Shown: positions 18,457 to 21,950 of the stretch, piece after piece
Position numbering within the stretch: position 1 is the stretch's first letter
How the letters are laid out: each line of letters starts with the position of its first letter
Source: Campylobacterota bacterium
GTDB lineage: Bacteria; Campylobacterota; Campylobacteria; Campylobacterales; Sulfurovaceae
Assembly: GCA_034722955.1 (NCBI GenBank)
Contig: JAYEOM010000101.1
Location: 12,294-34,243 of the forward strand
Reading direction: 5' to 3'
DNA: 21,950 bases
Position numbers and translations under genes: made by a program
The notes under the pieces: model-generated
Database searches by the model: none
Seen by the model: only the letters and a program-made list of their open reading frames with translations
What the model was told of the DNA's origin: nothing

Positions 18457-18537
18457 GTAGAGACCATAACTACCTCTATCTATTAGACTCTCTCACACTC
18501 TACTTTTATATTCCTTTTAGATTAGCTATGGTAATAT
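18435..18537 (+). repeat. Direct repeat copy 2
   Basis: 901 bp downstream of copy 1; supplies the last codons and stop of the Uma2 gene; ends in TGGTAATAT. Confidence 0.95.
18529..18537 (+). promoter_or_regulatory. Putative extended -10 upstream of the riboswitch
   Basis: TG-G-TAATAT preceded by a T-rich tract, ~25 nt before the aptamer core. Confidence 0.5.
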
Positions 18538-18552
18538 AGAGTTAAGTATTAC

Positions 18553-18630
18553 ATAGTGAAAAGCCAAACTCACTGCGAAGTGAGGACGGAAAGTTACGGG
18601 TCTCTAGCAGATAGCCGGACTGCCTCTCGT
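18553..18630 (+). ncRNA. Cyclic di-GMP-I (GEMM) riboswitch
   Basis: G-CC-AAA-CUCACU-GCGA-AGUGAG-GAC-GG-AAA-GUUACGGGUCU...AGAUAGCCGGACUGCC reproduces the GEMM architecture (AAA/GAC internal loop, GNRA tetraloop, AAA junction, second hairpin ending UGCC); in a 5' UTR. Confidence 0.9.
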
Positions 18631-18710
18631 AAGCTTTAGTGCTTATGACATCGTTTTCAGGATGTAGATGCAAATCTTGCTCAGTATTCTGAGCGTTAGA
18701 AGGTACTATT

Positions 18711-21700
18711 ATGAAACATTTGAGATCTATTTTTACTCTTCCGCTATCTCTCTATCTTTTTGTGATATTGGCTCTGCATAGAGGTTTGAAGAGATACTCT
18801 CTCGCACTCTTGCTAAGTGCCGTACTCACTCCACTTTCACTTCAGGCAGCTTCCAATACCTGTCCTGGTGTCAACTACGATGTTCCTCTAGGAACAAGCA
18901 GTATTATTGAACTTTCGGCAAACTCTGACTTCAATTACCATCAGCTCTCGATACCATCTGATGGCAACATCACCATCACTTTCACCAATGATAGCAATAA
19001 GGCTTCAACCTTTTATGTAGGCTCAGCCTGTGCCGCTATCAGTGATATATACGACGGCAATACAACAGCAGTAACTCACTCTGTCCCAAAGTTTGCCGTC
19101 ATAGAGGGTCAAACGATTCAACTGCTGGTTGATGATACTGGAAATAACGAAGATTACAATATCACTATTGTATACGATGCCCCCATCATCCTAGCCTCCA
19201 TCGCCCCTGCTGCTGTCACTATACCCGAAGGATTCACATCTGTAGATCTCGATGTCACGCTCAACAGAGGAGCGATCAATGGAGATCTGAATGTCACCTA
19301 TCATAACAGCTATGACAACTCTACAAACTACTTCCTGATCGACAAGTGGTATGATGAGTATACCCTGACTATCGATATCAACACTACCGATCAGCTAGAT
19401 GGAGATGACTTCAATATCACCCTCATCAGTGCCATCGATACATCAGGCTCGGATACCGGTATCATCACAGATGACAACACCTCCACCATAACTATCGGAC
19501 CACCCGAAGCCGATCTCTATATAGTCAAAAAAGATGATAGAGATCCAGTCAAGATAAATACATCTTTTTACTACACTATAGCTGTCACCAATCTAGGTAC
19601 GGCAGATTCTAGCGATATCAATGTCACAGATTCCCTGCCTTCTGCCTTTAGAGTCAACCAAGATATTGACTTTACCAAAACAAATAATGAGTCAACAGAC
19701 TGGAACTGTAGTATATCATCAGTACCAAACAATAAAATCGTTTGTCTCCATGATGGCAATATCTCCGCAGGGAACAATGCACTCATCAAAATCCACATCA
19801 ATGTACCCGATGACAATAGTACTATTGGGACTGTTACCAATATAGCAGAGGTCGTGAGTGCCCATGATTATGATATTCGCAACAACAGCACAACAGAGAC
19901 GACCAAGATCGTAGCAGTAGACTATGACGAGATCAATGAGATAACAGAGATATGTTATTCAGACACAACCGCAACTACGATGAATTCCATTGATTTCAAG
20001 AAAAACTGTGTACTATCAGGGAACTTCTACTCCGGCAATGGCTGTACTGCCACTGTAGATATCAATGCATCATCTATACTCACTCACAATATAGATATCA
20101 ATCTCACCAAAATGTATGCACCCGAGATAGTACATGGTACCTGTAGTGTAGATATGGATGGCACAGGCGTAGGTAGCTGTAGCGGTTATGAGGATATTGA
20201 TATCGAGGTTTCCCCCTCTTATACCAAAGGGTACACTTATACCATCACAGCAAGTGACGGAAACTTCACGATCACAGATGTTGACTCTTATGATGGTAAC
20301 CCGAACAACCCTGCCGATATCGATGCTATAGGTCTCTATGCCACCTATAACTATCAAGGTGTCTATCACTATGGTCGTGTTACTGACTGTGGCGGAAACA
20401 AAGAGAGTGGTGTAGAGATGCCCTCTTCGGCAGATGCTATAGATACTCCTATCGGTGCCGATGCTACATATGCGGGCTACTACAATAACAGTATCGGCAA
20501 TGGATATGATCTGAGTGTTCCTCCGGTCAATCAAATAAAATTTATACAGACTATGGCGACATACACCTCTCGGGATATCACAGGAGTCTATCTGGATATA
20601 GAGACTAAAGAGACTATACCCTATGACTTCAACGGAACCAAAGACGCTTCCGATTTTGTCATCATCCCCTATCTGGTGGATGAGGAGTATGGTACATGTG
20701 GTGAAAATGCACGACATCTGACTGATGATACCGGCGATGAACTCATCATTTCGATACCGGAAGGCTCATACTCTGCCACAGTAGCGATCAGAGTTCCCAA
20801 AGATGTCAGACAAACAGCAAGACTACAGCTCATCATCATAGATCCAAACACTTTGAGTCCTGAGGGGCAGAAGTGTCTAGCCAACAGTAGCACCGGAGGT
20901 AACCTAGAGGGGATAGGACAGTGCGGTAACTCCGAGATACAGTATGTAGATGGGTTTGGAGTAGATGCTTGGGATCGATGTAGCCTCAACAACGGTCAGC
21001 CATGTCTCTCTGCACATGGCGGATATAGCGGTGGAGGCGATGACTCATATCCCGGATACAATGCACTCTATGACAATGCACTCGGATGTTATATGTGTAC
21101 TTTTGACATACAGCCTGCCTGTTCGACCGACAACTTCGCCATTCGCCCCCATAGATTTGATGAGAGCAGCATGCTCCAACATGATCATGCCCCCAATCTC
21201 CTGCGTGCAGGTATGGATTATAATATCTCTCTCACGGCACTACATGAAGACAATACGACATCAACCGGCTACACCGTCACTGATACTAATTTCTTAACAT
21301 ATCTAGATAGCGATGTAACCAAGTTTTACAAAGATGGCACCGAAGAGAACGCTAGTGAGCCACTGCATGGCACTATCACTAATGATACATCAGAACCTGC
21401 CTACGCTGTAGGTGGCTACTCCAGTCTGTATGCCACAGGTCCGGCAACCGCAGGAACAGCGGATGGGATCATGTGGGTATCATATAGTGATGTCGGAAAA
21501 GTGGAACTCCACATCTATGACAAGAAGTGGGCAGAGGTCGACGATGATGATACACCTACGGATTGCAACAGTACCACACACACCTATATCTGCGGAGACA
21601 AAAATGTCACATTCATCCCTCACCATTTTGAATTTGCAGAACTCAATATCACCAACCATGACGGTCCGACGAACAACTTTACCTATATCGCCGATGAACG

Positions 21701-21950
21701 AGATGATATGAGTGCCAAGATACAAACCCTGATCAAAGCTGTCAATGAAGATAATGAGACAACGGAAAACTTCAGACGAGGAGATCTCTTTTATGAAAAC
21801 AATATCTCCGTCACTCCCATAATCCTCTATGAATACAACACCACTGTCAATCCTACTACATCACTCGAATCCAACGAATCCAATATCACCGATCTTCTGA
21901 TCGGCTTCGGGGATGGAGCAAACAGTGATGAGAACGGTACCCGCACGATC
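18711..21950 (+). CDS. Large secreted surface protein or adhesin with a DUF11 Ig-like domain and MshQ/DUF6701-like C-terminal motifs (partial, >1080 aa, not in ORF track)
   Basis: Hand-translated stop-free frame from ATG 18711 to the window end; hydrophobic N-terminus ending LSLQA-A; DUF11 pattern ADLYIVKK..YYTIAVTNLG..INVTDSLP (~19509-19915); CSTDNFAIRP (21120), YSDVG (21483), FIPHHF (21612). Confidence 0.88.
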   Translation, partial: MKHLRSIFTLPLSLYLFVILALHRGLKRYSLALLLSAVLTPLSLQAASNTCPGVNYDVPLGTSSIIELSANSDFNYHQLSIPSDGNITITFTNDSNKASTFYVGSACAAISDIYDGNTTAVTHSVPKFAVIEGQTIQLLVDDTGNNEDYNITIVYDAPIILASIAPAAVTIPEGFTSVDLDVTLNRGAINGDLNVTYHNSYDNSTNYFLIDKWYDEYTLTIDINTTDQLDGDDFNITLISAIDTSGSDTGIITDDNTSTITIGPPEADLYIVKKDDRDPVKINTSFYYTIAVTNLGTADSSDINVTDSLPSAFRVNQDIDFTKTNNESTDWNCSISSVPNNKIVCLHDGNISAGNNALIKIHINVPDDNSTIGTVTNIAEVVSAHDYDIRNNSTTETTKIVAVDYDEINEITEICYSDTTATTMNSIDFKKNCVLSGNFYSGNGCTATVDINASSILTHNIDINLTKMYAPEIVHGTCSVDMDGTGVGSCSGYEDIDIEVSPSYTKGYTYTITASDGNFTITDVDSYDGNPNNPADIDAIGLYATYNYQGVYHYGRVTDCGGNKESGVEMPSSADAIDTPIGADATYAGYYNNSIGNGYDLSVPPVNQIKFIQTMATYTSRDITGVYLDIETKETIPYDFNGTKDASDFVIIPYLVDEEYGTCGENARHLTDDTGDELIISIPEGSYSATVAIRVPKDVRQTARLQLIIIDPNTLSPEGQKCLANSSTGGNLEGIGQCGNSEIQYVDGFGVDAWDRCSLNNGQPCLSAHGGYSGGGDDSYPGYNALYDNALGCYMCTFDIQPACSTDNFAIRPHRFDESSMLQHDHAPNLLRAGMDYNISLTALHEDNTTSTGYTVTDTNFLTYLDSDVTKFYKDGTEENASEPLHGTITNDTSEPAYAVGGYSSLYATGPATAGTADGIMWVSYSDVGKVELHIYDKKWAEVDDDDTPTDCNSTTHTYICGDKNVTFIPHHFEFAELNITNHDGPTNNFTYIADERDDMSAKIQTLIKAVNEDNETTENFRRGDLFYENNISVTPIILYEYNTTVNPTTSLESNESNITDLLIGFGDGANSDENGTRTI

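Noticed and set aside
17534..18537. CRISPR array or composite transposon
   Set aside because: Only two ~100-bp copies 901 bp apart; no spacer periodicity, cas, transposase or integrase gene
18553..18630. 3',3'-cGAMP (GEMM-Ib) riboswitch
   Set aside because: The discriminating position 20 is G, not A
19571..21725. Short ORFs in the track (19571-19840, 19621-19845, 20070-20717, 20669-20992, 20965-21297, 21412-21711, 21480-21725)
   Set aside because: All are antisense or off-frame shadows of the single stop-free ORF starting at 18711
1..21950. tRNA, rRNA or tmRNA genes
   Set aside because: No cloverleaf with a T-loop consensus or rRNA-like sequence seen in any intergenic region

Overview
Core-genome stretch of a Campylobacterota (Epsilonproteobacteria) chromosome, most like Sulfurovum and relatives (inferred from EF-Ts/RF2/S2 sequences and gene order). 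Housekeeping genes: alaS, murG, ftsW, ftsI-type PBP, panC, prfB (no frameshift), an orphan ABC ATPase, tsf, rpsB with its leader RNA, and bcp. Among them lie a PIN-toxin remnant, two paralogous lipoproteins, a 41-aa membrane microprotein and a three-gene membrane-protein operon I do not recognise. The right-hand 5.5 kb is the most unusual part. It holds four GTAG-type REP-like hairpins from three stem families and a ~0.9-kb Uma2 endonuclease islet bracketed by a ~103-bp direct repeat that duplicates a gene end plus a promoter. It ends with a c-di-GMP-I (GEMM) riboswitch in front of a >1080-aa secreted DUF11/MshQ-like protein. That protein is absent from the ORF track (it runs off the window) and carries about 27 bacterial-type D/E-X-N-X-S/T N-glycosylation sequons. 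All family assignments are by-eye motif recognition; no database search was run.
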